A stretch of DNA of 64,000 nucleotides from Chiloscyllium plagiosum (taxonomy: Eukaryota): assembly GCF_004010195.1 (NCBI RefSeq), contig NC_057720.1, positions 31,084,150-31,148,149 on the forward strand, written 5' to 3'. Within the stretch, counting starts at the first letter, position 1, and the number at the start of each line of letters is the position of its first letter. The notes beneath the pieces were generated by a model. The model made no database searches. It saw only the letters and a program-made list of their open reading frames with translations, and was not told the DNA's origin. Positions 12,455-24,679 of the stretch are shown in pieces. Made by a program: the position numbers and the translations under genes.

Positions 12455-14821
12455 CCCTCCCCCTCTGAGTCTGAGGACATAGGTCAGCTCTTTTTTTGTA
12501 GCTCCTTGTAGGACATTTTAATAGAATCAGGTTGCTCCAAATTGCCTCTGATACAGGTGGTGTGTGACACACAGTAGCTCACCTCTTGCACCAGGAGTGT
12601 CTTGGAAGAAAGTCATTCTCTTCTTCAGGTGACAAAGGTATTGAGGCAGTGACATCAACTGTGTCCATCTCAGATTCCAAGCTACCTTCAATGCTTGATG
12701 AAGAGGGAGAACCCACAGGTTGTGAAAGCCATTCTGACTGTTCTGAGGTGACTTGCATTTTGCTCCTGCCCCATTTGCAAGTTTGCAGCTTTCATGTGGT
12801 ACACATGCTTGTTCAGGAATGTCATACCTAGCCAAACTTTATATGTCTCTGGACCAGACCTCGTGTCAAACATACCTCTTACCCATGCATGGCCATTCCC
12901 GAGGTACGTACACCAAACTTCGTCGCCTGAAGTAAACTGTCTCTCTCACTTAACGGAGTCTTGTGTCTGATTTTGGTGTTCCTGGTGCCATTTCACCATC
13001 ACCCCCATGTCCAGGAGGTTCAGATTTAATCTGGTGCAGAGTCTTCTCTGCATTAGCATCTCTACTGGAGCTATCCCTGTTGTTGAATGAGAGATGGTCC
13101 TATAATCAAATAGGAACTGGTATCTCGTGAAGCTTTAAGCCATATTTTAAAGTTTGCATAGCCCTTTCTGCCAGACCATTGGATGGTGGATGGTATGGAG
13201 CTGTTCATATATGTCGAATGCCATTCGACTTTAGGAAATACTCAAACTCCTTGCTGGTAATTAATGGCCTATTTTCTGCGACCAGTACTTCTGGGAGTCC
13301 GTGTATTGCAAAGGATGCATGCAATTCTTCTATCATTGTCTCTGCATTTGACAAATGAACTCTGTGCACATCTAGCCACTCTGAGTGGGCATCCACAATG
13401 ACGAAGAACGTGCATAGTCGATGTGTAACTGAGTCCAGGGTTTACCCGGCCATTCCCACAAATGTGGGGGAGCTGCTGGTGATACTTTTTGTCCTTGTTG
13501 GCACTCTGGGCACTGCCCTACCAATGTGGCTATGTTTGCATCCAATCCTGGCCACCAGACATAACTTCTTGTCAACACCTTCATTTTGGAAACCTCATAA
13601 TAATATGCAGCTCTGTACTGTGATCCAGTCTCTCTGGGTCCAAAAAGGTTTCAATTCTGGTTATAACAGCCCTTTGGTTCCCCCTAATCACTACCAGCTG
13701 TTTCAGTTTTACCAGGACCAGATCTTTCTGTATCCAAAGTCTGACATTATCAGCTGTGACTGAAAGTGTGTAGAAACTTTAAACCCATTATGGACTCTCC
13801 AAGTGGTGTATCTACCAGTGGGAGGCAGCTCAATGCATCTGTATTCACTACTTAGCCTCCTTTCGAATTTGGAATTATATGCACGAAGAATCAGAGCTCA
13901 CCGCTGGATTCGGCCTGAAGCTATGGGTGGCACTGCCTTGTCCTCTTTAAGTAGACCTAACAGAGATTTCAGGTCCATTATTATTACAAAGTTATATCTG
14001 TAAAGTTATTGGTAGAACTTTCTGACTCGAAATATGATTGCCAAATCTGGGCATAATTACATTCTGCATTAGCCATATGGATGCATATACAATTGGGTGA
14101 ATCTTGCCTTTGGACCACCTATGAGCTAAATCTACCCTGATGCCATACAGGGAGGCATCATAGGTCAATATCAGATCTTGCTTGGGATATCTTAGAGGAT
14201 GATAGCTGTTTCTTCAGTTCCTTGAAAGCTATGGCTTGGCTACCTTTAATCTATAATGGTTCCCTGGTACAAGTTCTCAGTCTAGCCCAGGTCATATGGA
14301 AACTTAAGGGTTGAAATCCAGAACAAAGTTTGTTAAAGACTCATTCTGCAATCACTGAAATGGCCATGTGAGTATCAACCTCTATTAGAACACGATAAAC
14401 TGTTAACCAGATGTTTGTTTTGATTGGTTCTCATTTGAATGTTGTTCAGCAACTCAGCTGTCCCACACCAGGTGTAGGTAGATTTTCCAGGATTTTCACT
14501 GCCCTGGATATTGGCTTATGAGTTCTCTTACTCAACCTAGGTCTAGTGGGACTGTTTTGCTGTCTTGAGTCTGCATGCTGGCAGCCACTACAATGACTTG
14601 CCAGCCGAGATTCTGAAGAAAATTTTAACCATTTGGCAGAGCTTGGCTTTGTTTTGTTTAGGGGTTTGACTGTGGGCTGACTGAGAGTCCTGCTGTTCAA
14701 GTTATGTCCTGAGTGCAGCTATGAAATTGCCTCCACTCAAGTAGTTTTCTACAAGCTCAATCTAACTGGTGAGGGTGTCCACTTCCATTGGAACACCCAG
14801 CAATTCAAATGCTCCACAACT

Positions 14822-16177
14822 GAAGATGGTTGGGCCTAGAACACTACCCTGAGGAACTCCTGCAGAGATGTCCTGGAGCTGAGATGACTGACCTCCAACA
14901 ATGTGTCAGGCCTGATTGTAAACACCAGAGCATTTTCCCCGATACCTGTTGCTTCCAGTTTTGCTCGGGCTCTGCGATGCCATACTTAGTCAATGTCAAG
15001 GGCTATCACACTCACCTCACCTCTGGAATTTAGCTCTTTTGTCAATGTTTGAACCAAAGCTGTAATGAGGTGAGGAGCTGAATGGGCCTGGTGGAATACA
15101 AACTGGGCATCACTAAGCACGTTATTGCTGAGCAGTTGCTACTTGATAGCACTGTTGATATACCTTCTATCAGTATACTGATGATCAAAAGTAGACTGAT
15201 GGGGTGGTAATTGGCTGGGTTGGATTTGTCCTGCTTTTTATATATGGGATGTACTTTGGCAATTTTCCACATTGTCCGGTAGATGCCATGTTGCAACTGT
15301 ACTGGAGCAGCTTGGCTTGGAAAGTGGCAAGTTCTGGAGCACCAATCCTCAATACTATTGCCCTAATGTTGTTAGGGCCCATAGCCTTTGCAGTATCCTG
15401 TGCCTCTAACCGTTTCTTGATATCATATGGAGCGAATCAAATTGGCTGAAGAATGGTGTCTGTGATGCTGGGGAATCACTGGAGGAGGCTGAGATGGATC
15501 ATCCACTCGGCACTTCTGGCTGATGATTGCTGTAAAAGTTTCATCCTTATCTTTTGCACTGATGTGCTGGGCTTTTCCATCTTTTAGGATGGGGATATTT
15601 GTGGAGCCTTCTCCTGCAGTGAATTGTTTAATTGTCTATCACCATTCATGACTGGAGGTGGAAGGACGGCAGAGCTTAATTCTGATCCCTGGTTGTGGGA
15701 TCACTTAGCTCTGTCAATCACTTGCTACTTATGCTGTTTGGCATGCAAGTAGTCCTGTTTGGTGGCTTCACCAGGTTGACACCTCATCATCGGGTATGCC
15801 TGGTGCTCCTGGCATGCCCTCCTGCACTCTCCATTGAACCAGTTTTGATCCCCTGGCTTGATGGTAATGGTGGAGTGGGGGATATGCTGGGCCATGAGGT
15901 TACACATTGTGCTGGAGGACAATTCTGCTGCTGTTGATGGACCACAGCGCCTCATGTATGCCCAACTTTGAGTGGCTCATCTGTCCCCTTTAGCACGCCG
16001 ATAGTAATACACAATACGATGGAAGTTACTCTCAATAAAGGCGGGACTTCATCTCCACAAGGACTGTGCGCTGGTCACTATTACTGATACTGTCATGGAC
16101 AGTGTACCTGCAGCTGGCAGATTGATAAGTATGAGGTCATGTATATTTTACCCTCTTGTTGGTTCCCTCACCACCTC
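14822..16177 (-). mobile_element. CR1-group LINE ORF2 internal fragment inserted in the Gypsy gag region
   Basis: WKIAKVHPIYKKQDKSNPANYHPISLL; LMAQHIPHSTITIKPGDQNWFNGECRRAC. Confidence 0.85.
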
Positions 16178-17364
16178 ATTAAGGGTTAAACCAAAGTGAC
16201 ATGTCTCTGCCAGTTGTCTTAATCTTGTCAAAAATCCTGATACAGATTCGTCTGATTCCCGCATTGCCAAGTAAAACTGATAACATCTCAGAATTAGAGG
16301 AGGCTTGGGGCTGTAATATTATTTAACTGAATCCATCTACTCTTGAAAGGTTTTAGTATCTTGTGCCTCAGGGAAAATTAGGCTCCTAATAACTGAAAAC
16401 GCTACAGGTCCACAAGCAGATTGGCAGATTAGTTATAATCGGGGACCATAGGTAAGTGCAATGCAGGACTTATAATGACTTTTAGGACAATTCCTGTGCA
16501 GCGCAAAGCAGGTTAGTAGTCAACACATTATTGGTACCTTCTGAGATTCTGATCCTTGCAGTTACTCTCCAGATAGCATTTAATATATTAAGAACAATGT
16601 CTCTTGCAGCACAATCACCACAGCCGCCAAATATGAATACAGAATTTGGATCTGACTGCTTAACAATCTCAAAATATCATTAAAGTTCAGCATACCTCTT
16701 ACCTATTAGTATTTCTTTAAGATTAATCCAGGTGAAAACTCAGTAAGAAGGTGACAGCGCCCATTTAAATTGAAAAATGGAAGGGATGGAGTTCCATTCA
16801 GTTCTGACTAATCCCTCAGTGGGATGTGTTGGAAACACCCAGCTAATTTACTAGGAGGAATTGAAGTGTGCAACCATGAACTGTCAATGTCCCATTGTTT
16901 CACACGGCTAGGGTAACTGATACCAACATGTATTTACAACTTCACTGCAACAGTCATTATAGGGAGGGTTTGTGGATCTGAAGTGAGCAAGAACAAATGA
17001 TACTGAGAATTCTGATAAAACTAGCATTGACTAAATAATGTGGTTAGCTAATTAAGATGGCTTGTGATGTCAGGAAATCATTTCTTTGTAGGCACAAATT
17101 TCAATTCATAGATGAAAAATTAAAGCTTTCACTAATAATCTCATTTCTACTCAATCAATGGAATGTTGCAATTCTTTATAGTGAGACTTAGTTAGAATTT
17201 TATTAAAACGGTGAAGGGTAAAGTGTATCTGTGAGGAACAAGTTTCTTTTCAAATTCAACAAGTCAAAATATAGTAGTTACATTTGCAGATTGGACTTTT
17301 TTTTCCCCTGTATTGGAGACCAGCACACACATACAAGATACTGACTGACAATATTCTAATCTAA

Positions 17365-17521
17365 ATAACAAACTGAAAGAACTGTGGATGCTGAAAATCA
17401 GAAACAAAATCAGAAATTTGCCGTTCTGAAGAAGGATCACTGGACCTGAACATTAATTCTCTCCACAGATGCTGCCAGACCTGCTGAGATTTTCCAGCAT
17501 TTTCTGTTTTTGTTTCAAACA
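17365..17521. mobile_element. Short inverted pLTR-like element with degenerate HHR (family E)
   Basis: gtt-CTGAAGA-aggatcactggacc-tgaac-att-aat at ~17423; inverted arm gaaacaaaatcagaaa / tttctgtttttgtttc; flanking tctaatctaa at 17355-17364 and 17522-17531. Confidence 0.7.
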
Positions 17522-17579
17522 TCTAATCTAAGTTGTTTATATTACTTGCATATAAATTAATTTTCAAAGCCATTTATCT

Positions 17580-18080
17580 ATTTATAGAGCACTTTGCATG
17601 ACTGCAGGATGTTTCAAAGAGCCTTACACGCAATGTACATTTTGAAGTACAGTCCCTATGGTAATGTAAGAAACATTAGCAGACTCTGTTTTTGCTTCGG
17701 TTGTGGAAGAATGTGTATGAATATCCATTTTTTTCCTAATATTTATATGATCAGTCCTGGTTTATCTGCTAATATGGTAGTCCTGAAAATGAAAAGCTTG
17801 GAAATGCAAATAATCCAGAGCTGGGCCTATGATTATTTCCTTTCCACTTGTTAAGTTGTTGTGGCACTTGTGGCATTGTTAAGTTGTACACAGCAAGGTT
17901 CAAGAAACAGCAACAAAAAGAATTAGCCAGATCATTTGTTTTAATTTTTAGTTGAGGGACAAATGTTGCATGGTATGGAGGACTATTCAACTCCTTTTTG
18001 TACCATAGGACTTTTCTTTCACTTTAAACAATGCAGAGCAACCTCAGCACTGTGCTGAGTGTTAGCCTAGATTTTGCATT
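17580..18080 (-). mobile_element. DeuSINE remnant (interrupted)
   Basis: Reverse complement contains ttcttacattaccatagggactgtacttcaaaa...gctctttgaaacatcctg...gtgctctataaat, resembling the Deu/AmnSINE1 3' part. Confidence 0.55.
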
Positions 18081-18506
18081 TGGACCTTTTGCGCGAGCCT
18101 TAAACTATTAATGTTCTGAATCAAAAATGCGGTCAATGTTAAGGTAAAGTCAGAGTTACTTTATCTGCTAACTCTGTGGGACCTTCTACACCAATCCTTC
18201 AGCCTGTTGGATTTGCTTCTAGTGAATTCATGGGATTTGGAAACTATGACTCCAGACTGGGCTTATGGTTACTAGATCCCATTTCCAATACACCATTGCC
18301 TCAATCTTAACTATCTCAGCAGCTTTCTCATGAGAGTTGGTAAGTATGTAAAAGCCAAAATGTACAATAAAATGAGAAAATCAGAGGCAATCATGCTTGA
18401 AACAATTACAATCAAACAGAATATATTGTTGAAGAAAATGCCACATATGTTAGTTGTATAGGTATTTTCATTAGATATTTGCAAGAATGTTGTATTGCAA
18501 GTTTCT

Positions 18507-19830
18507 TACAGTCAGACAGTCAGAGATGTATCGCATGGAAACAGACTCTTCGGTTCAACTCATCCATGCTGACCAGAGATCTTAAATTAACCTAGTCCCA
18601 TTTGTCAGCACTTGGCCCATATCCCTCTAAAGCCTTCCTATTCATATACCCATTCAGATGCCTTTTAAATGTGGTAATTGTACCAGCCTCCACTACTTCC
18701 TCTGACAGCTCATTCCAAACATGCACCACACTCTGCTTAAAAAAGTTCCTCCTTAGGTCCCTTTTAAGTGTTTCCCCTCTCACCTTAAGCTGATGACCCT
18801 AGTTTTGGACTCCCCTACTCTGGGAAAATGACCTTGTCTATTTACTCTATCTATGCCCCTCATGATTTTATAAACTTCTATAAGCAGTTCTATTCTAATT
18901 CTAAATGGAGTTCAATGTTGCTAAGTGTGAGGTGATTCACTTTGGTGCAACATCGAGGGCCGAAGGGCCTGTACTGCGCTGTATTCTTCTATGTTCTATG
19001 TTCTATGTTCTAAGCCCACCCCTTAGCCTCTGATACTGCAGGGAAAAGAGCCCCAGCCTATTCATTCTCTCCCTATAGCTCAAACCCTCCAATCTTGGCA
19101 ACATCCTTGTAGATCTTTTCTGAACTCTTTCAAGTTTCAAAACATCCTTCCGATAGGAGGGAGACCAGAATTGAACACAGTATTCCAAAAGTGGCCTAAC
19201 CAATGTCCTGGGCAGCCATAACATCTCCTCCTAACTCCTAAACTCAATGCTCTGACCAATAAAAGTAAGCTTACCAAATGCCTTCTTCACTACCCTGTCT
19301 ACCTGCAACTCCATTTTCAAGGAACTATGAACCTGCACCCCAAGGTGCCTTTGTTCCGGAACACTCCCCAGAACCTTACTATTAAGTGTATAAGTCCTGC
19401 CCTGATGTGCCTTTCCAAAATGCAGTACCTCACATTTATCGAGATTAAACTTCATCTGCCATTCTTTGGCCTACCTACTCATCTGATCAAGATCCCGTTG
19501 TACTCTTAGGTAAACTTCGTTGTCCACTGAATCACCAATTTTGGTGTCATCTGCAAATTTACTAACCACACCTCCCATATTCACAACCAAATCATTTATA
19601 CAAATGATAAAAAGCAGTGGACCCAGCACCGACCCCTGCAACAAAGCGCAGGTCACAGGCCTCCAGTCCGAAAAGCAACTCTCCAGCACGACCCTCTTTC
19701 TCTTACCTTCTAGTCAATTTTGTATCCAAATGCCTAGCTCTCCCTGGTTTCTATGTGATCTAACCTTGTTAACCAGACTACCATTTGGAAAATTAATGAA
19801 ATCCATATGGACAACTTCTACTGTCTGCCT
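18507..19830 (-). mobile_element. CR1 LINE 3' portion (RT to tail)
   Basis: QGSVLGPLLFII.INDL, SKFADDTKIG, FNLDKCEVLHFG, VRPLLEYCVQFWSP, NFFKQSVVHVWNEL. Confidence 0.93.
18886..19010 (+). mobile_element. Internally deleted mini-CR1 inserted antisense into the CR1
   Basis: MEFNVAKCEVIHFG-coding segment joined directly to the 3' hairpin gggccgaagggcct and (ttctatg)n; taagc on both sides. Confidence 0.7.
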
Positions 19831-19957
19831 TCATCATATGTCAAAATTGTTAAAAATATCCTTTCCTTCCACATTGCTTACTTGATAGCCCCACAACCAT
19901 TTTATTTTAACACAAAACATAGCCTCTTTTCAAGCCTTGTTACCCATCAATTGCACT

Positions 19958-20315
19958 TAGAGTCATAGAGATGTACAGCACAGAAACAGACCCTTCGGTC
20001 CAACCCGTCTATGCCGACCAGATATCTCAACCCAATCTAGTCCCACCTGCCAGCACCCAGCCCATATTCCTCCAAACCCTTCCTATTCATATACCCACCT
20101 AAATGCCTTTTAAATGTTGCAATTGTACTAGCCTCCACCACTTCCTTTGGCAGCCCATTCCATACACGTACCACCCTCTGCATGAAAGAGTTGTCCCTTA
20201 GGTCTCTTTTATATCTTTCCCCTCTCTCCCTAAACCTATGCCCTCTAGTTCTGGACTCCCCCACCCCAGCGAAAAGATTTTGTCTATTTATCCTATCCAT
20301 GCCCCTCATGATTTT
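19958..20315 (-). mobile_element. CR1 3' end
   Basis: KIMRGMDR..SRTRGHR..FMQRVVRVWNGLP; tail ctctatgactct. Confidence 0.9.
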
Positions 20316-21177
20316 CATTGTTCTAGATTGCTTTAATTCTTTCATTTATGTTCTAACATCAGGAACCTGACAAATCACAAATGTGGAATGTGATGGTTCT
20401 TTCACCTTCAGGAAGTCAGCAGTCCTGGTGAGTATGGTTTCCAGCAGTTGATAGTTTTCAATCAGCTTCACCAGAAAAAAATGCATACTGTATAGTAATT
20501 GCTGTCTGATAGCGAAGTGTAGATATTAGACTGGAATTGGCTTCCACATGGGAGTGGAATTGTGTAGGCAATACCCAGACATATTTACAAAATGTCAGAA
20601 AGTGTGATCTCAACTCAATTGGTTATGCTTTCTAGATTTCAAATCTTCACGTTCACATGCCACATTTTCAGCTGCATTTAAAGGGACTTTAAACAAATGG
20701 AAATTGTAGATGGTCAGGATAGATGGTGGACATTGATCAAAGATGCCAAGCAAATTCATTGGTGCACCATTGGAATTTGTGCAGTTATAGCACTATTGAG
20801 AGCAGCAGGGCCAACATGGGAGAAGAAATCTGTGACCCCTATCAAGGTGAGAGGTGAACAGCAGGACTGATGTCTCAGATTATGTGTGTATTGTAGGAAG
20901 TGGTTTACTGACTTAATCACATCCTGAAAAGTTCATTCAATGGGAAAATAAACTACATTCTGTACTTTAACTGCACTTCACTCTTCCAACTCTGTGTTTC
21001 TTCAGGATATCTCTCTTCACTCCTATTGAGATTTCAACAGCAGCCAACCTTACACTTTTTATTCGCTTCAGCACCTAGCCATCTACCATCATGACTCACA
21101 TTCTTATACAAGGCGATATGCCTTTCTAATAATCATTTCCATTAAATGCTCTGCATCCATGAGGTGAATATACAACC

Positions 21178-23245
21178 TGGGGGGAAGGTAGCTGAGAGTG
21201 CAATAAGTAGAGAGGTGGGAGTAATGGTGATAGGTTCGAGAGGAGTGCATAGGTGGGAAGGAAAGTGGACAGGTAGGACAGGTCACGAGGGTGGTGCCGA
21301 GTTGGAAGGTTGGAACTGGGATAAGGTGGGAGGAGGGGAAATGAAGAAACTAGTGAAATCCACATTGATGCCGTGGGGTTGTAGAGTCCCAAGGCAAAGA
21401 AGAGGCGATCTTCCTCCAGGCATTGGGTGGTTAGGGAGTAGTGGTGGAGGAGGCCCAGGACCTGTATGTTCTCAGCGGAGTGGGAGGGGGAGATGAAGTT
21501 TTCAGCCACAGGGCGGTGGGGTTGGTTGGTGCAGGTGTCCCGGAGATGTTCTCCGCAGCGGTCTGTAAGTGGGCGTCCAGTCTCCCCAATGTGGAGGAGA
21601 CTACATCAGGAGCAACGGATACAGCAAATGACATGGGTGGAAGCATGGATAAAACTCTGATGGATGTGGAAGGCTCCTTTGGGGCCTTGGACGGAGGTGA
21701 GGGGGGAGGTGTGGGCGCAGGTTTTGCAATTCCTGTGATAGCAGGGGAAGGTGACAGGAGGGGACAGTGGTTTGGTGTGGGGGGAGGGCGCGTGGACCTG
21801 ACAAGGGAGTCGTGGAGGGAATAATCTTTACAGAAAGCAGATAGGGGTGGGGCATTTGTAGGTGGTGGAAATGGCGGAGGATGATGCGATGTATACGGAG
21901 GTTAGTGGGGTGGAAGGTGAGGACCAGGGGAGTTCTGTCCTTAAGTTCACCTGGGCCACCTCAGATACCTCCCTCCCCTTCCAGGATCTCTCCATCTCCA
22001 TCAATGGTAACCAGCTCATCACTGACAACTTCTACAAACCCACTGACTCCCACAGCAACCTGGATTACACCTCCTCCCACTCTACCTCCTGTAAAAATGC
22101 TACCCCTTATTCCCAATTCCTCCACCTTCGCTGCGTCTGCTCCCAGGAGGACCAATTCCACCACAGAACACACCAGATGGCCTCCTTCTTTAAAGACTGC
22201 AATTTCCCCTCCGGCACATCTCATCCACTTCCCACACCTCTGCCCTCGAGCCCCATCCCTCCAACCGCAACAAGAACAGAACAACCCCCCCCACTGGTCC
22301 TCACTTTCCACCCCACCAACGTCCGGATACATCGCATCATCCTTCACTATTTCTGCCACCTACAAATGGACCCCACCACCAGAGATATATTTCCCTCCCC
22401 ACCCCATCTGCTTTCCATAAAGCCCATTCCCTCTGTGACTCCCTTGTCAGGTCCATGCCCCCTAACAACACACACTCCCCTCCCAACACCTTCCCTTGCC
22501 ACTGTAGGAATTGCAAAACCTGCACCCACACTTTTGCCCTCACCTCCATCCAAGGCCCCAAAGGAGCCTTCCACATCCATCAGAGTTTTACCTGCACTTC
22601 CACACATGTCATTTTCTGTATCCGTCGCTCCGAATGTGGTCTCCTGTACATTGGGGAGACAGGACACCTACCTGCTGAGCGCTTCAGAGACCATCTCCGG
22701 GACACCTGCATCAACCACCCCACCACCCCGTGGCCAAACACTTCAACTCTCCTCCCATTCTGCCTTGGACATCTAGGTCCTGGCCTCCTCCATCGACACT
22801 CCTTAACCACTGAATGCCTGGAGGAAGACCGCCTCTTCTTCGTCCCGAGACCCTCCAACCCCATGGCATCAATGTAGATTTCACCAGTTTCCTCATTTCC
22901 CCTCCCCCCACCTTATCCCTGTTCCAACTTTCCAACTTGGCACGACCATCATGACCTGTCCTATGTGTCCAGCTTCCTTCTCACCTATCCCTCCACCCTC
23001 CTTTCCGACCTATCACCATTACCCCCACCTCCATCTACCTCTTGCATTCTCAGCTACCTTGCCCCAGCCCCACCCCGCTCCCATTTATCTCATCATCCCT
23101 TTGGCTCACAGCCTCATTCCGGATGAAGGGCTTTTATCTGAAACATCGATTTTCCTGCTCCGCAAATGCTGCCTGAACTGCTGTGCTTTTCCAGCACCAC
23201 ACTCTCAACTCTAACCTCCAGCATCTGCAGTCCTCATTTTCGCCT
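21178..23245 (+). mobile_element. Neptune-type PLE (RT thumb, Cys-rich linker, GIY-YIG endonuclease, pLTR) with ~750 bp inverted 5' duplication
   Basis: LKFTW..SDTSLPF.DLSISI..FYKPTDSH..LDYTSSH..PYSQFL; FPCHCRNCKTC; FTCTSTHVIFCIR.SECGLLYIGETG..ERFRDH; 21178-21935 is the diverged reverse complement of ~22270-23065; degenerate HHR at ~23120-23148. Confidence 0.92.
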
Positions 23246-23249
23246 CTCT

Positions 23250-23860
23250 TATGTCCAAGCCCCTTACCCCACACCCCACATAGTCACATAGTCTGCCATT
23301 ACACACTACCTATTGTTCGTCACTAACAATCTTCATTAACATTTATTCACCCTCCTAGCCACATCGTTATCCACTCCTTTGTCTTTCCAACTGTCTTCTC
23401 TCTCTCTGAGCTCTATCCCTACCTATCATTTACTCCTTACCCTCTCCCCATCACCATTCTGCAAAATAAGCCAATATTTTCCTAGCTATCATCAGTTCTG
23501 AGGAAGGGTCACGACCCGAAACATTAACTCTGTTTGTGAGTGGCACGGTGGCTCAGTAGTTAGCACTGCTGCTTCACAGCACCCGGGTCCCAGGTTTAAT
23601 TCCTGCCTCGGGAGACTGTCTGTGTGGAGTTTGCACATTCTCCCTGTGTCTGCGTGGTTTGCTCCAGTTTCCTCCCACAGTTCAAAGATATGCAGGTCAG
23701 GTGAAATGGCCATGCTAAATTATCTGTAGTATTAGGTGCATTAGTCAGAGGGAAGCACGACTGGGTGGGTTACTCTTCAGAGAGTCGGTGTGGGGAACCT
23801 AATCTAAATTTCTCTTCACTTTTGCTGCCAGACCTGCTGAGCTTTTCCAGCAACTTCTGT
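23250..23860 (+). mobile_element. PLE-type 3' region/pLTR of HHR family E, split by an HE1 SINE
   Basis: agtt-CTGAGGA-A-GGGT(CACG)ACCC-GAAAC-ATT-aact at 23494-23529; tail tgctgccagacctgctgagcttttccagca resumes after the SINE. Confidence 0.7.
23540..23810 (+). mobile_element. HE1/V-SINE (tRNA-derived), shortened 3' part
   Basis: tggctcagtagttagc A box, ggtttaattcc B box, V-domain tgtgtggagtttgcacattctccc. Confidence 0.88.
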
Positions 23861-24679
23861 TGGGCTGAGAAATGGCAGATGGAGTTCAACCTGGATAAAT
23901 GTGAAGTGATGCATTTTGGAAGGTGGAACTCGAATGCTGAATATAGGATTAAAGACTGGATTTCTGGCAGTGTAGAGGAATATAGGGATCTGGGTGTGCA
24001 AGTCCCTAGATCCATGAAAGTTGCCACACAGGTGGATAGGATTGTTAAGAAAGCATATGGTGTTTTGGCTTTCATTAACAGGAGGATAGAGTTTAAGAAC
24101 CAAAAGGTTTTGCTGCAGCTCTACAAGTCCCTGGTGAGACCACACTTGGAATATTGTGTCCAATTCTGGTCGCCCTACTTTCGGAAAGATACAGAGGCTT
24201 TGGAGAGGGTGCAAAGAAGGTTTACCAGGATGATGCCTGGACTGGAGGGCTTACTTTATGAAGAAAGGTTGAATAGGCTTGGACTTTTCTCCCTGTAGAG
24301 AAGGAGGAAGAGAGGAGACCTGATCGAGGTGTACAAAATAATGAGAGGAATAGATAGAGTCAATAGCCAGAGACTTTTCCCCGGGGCAGGATTGACTGGT
24401 ACGAGAATTCATAATTTGAAGATATTAGGAGGAAGGTATAAAGGAGAGGTCAGAGGTAGGTTTTTTACTCAGAGAATTGTGAATGCATGGAATGCGTTAC
24501 TAGCGATGGTGGTGGAAGCAGAGTCATTGGGGACATTTAAGCGACTGCTGGACATGCACATGGATAGCAGTGAGTTGAGGGGTGCCTAGGTTGTTACTAT
24601 ATCTTACATTAGGATTAAATCTCGGCACAACATCGTGGGCCAACATCATGTGCTGTACTTTTCTATGTTCTATGTTCTA
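23858..24679 (+). mobile_element. CR1 3' portion, relatively young
   Basis: WAEKWQMEFNLDKCEVMHFG..LYKSLVRPHLEYCVQFWSP..FFTQRIVNAWNAL; (ttctatg) tail. Confidence 0.94.

Larger units (their letters stand above)
12220..16420 (-). mobile_element. Degenerate Gypsy/Ty3 (Mag-like) LTR retrotransposon: gag, protease, RNase H and integrase remnants, PPT and 3' LTR; most of RT absent
   Basis: Integrase RSYVWWPGLD..CPECQ..WEWPGKPWTQLHIDYA and PYHPS.NGLAER (~13000-13590); RIQR.ALIL (~13900); gag ESVSGFLTRLRQLAETCHFG (~16190-16260); PPT gagggggaggg at 12455-12465. Confidence 0.88.

Noticed and set aside
21862..22776. 304-aa ORF as a gene
   Set aside because: Chimera of the antisense arm, the RT thumb and an out-of-frame C-rich PLE segment
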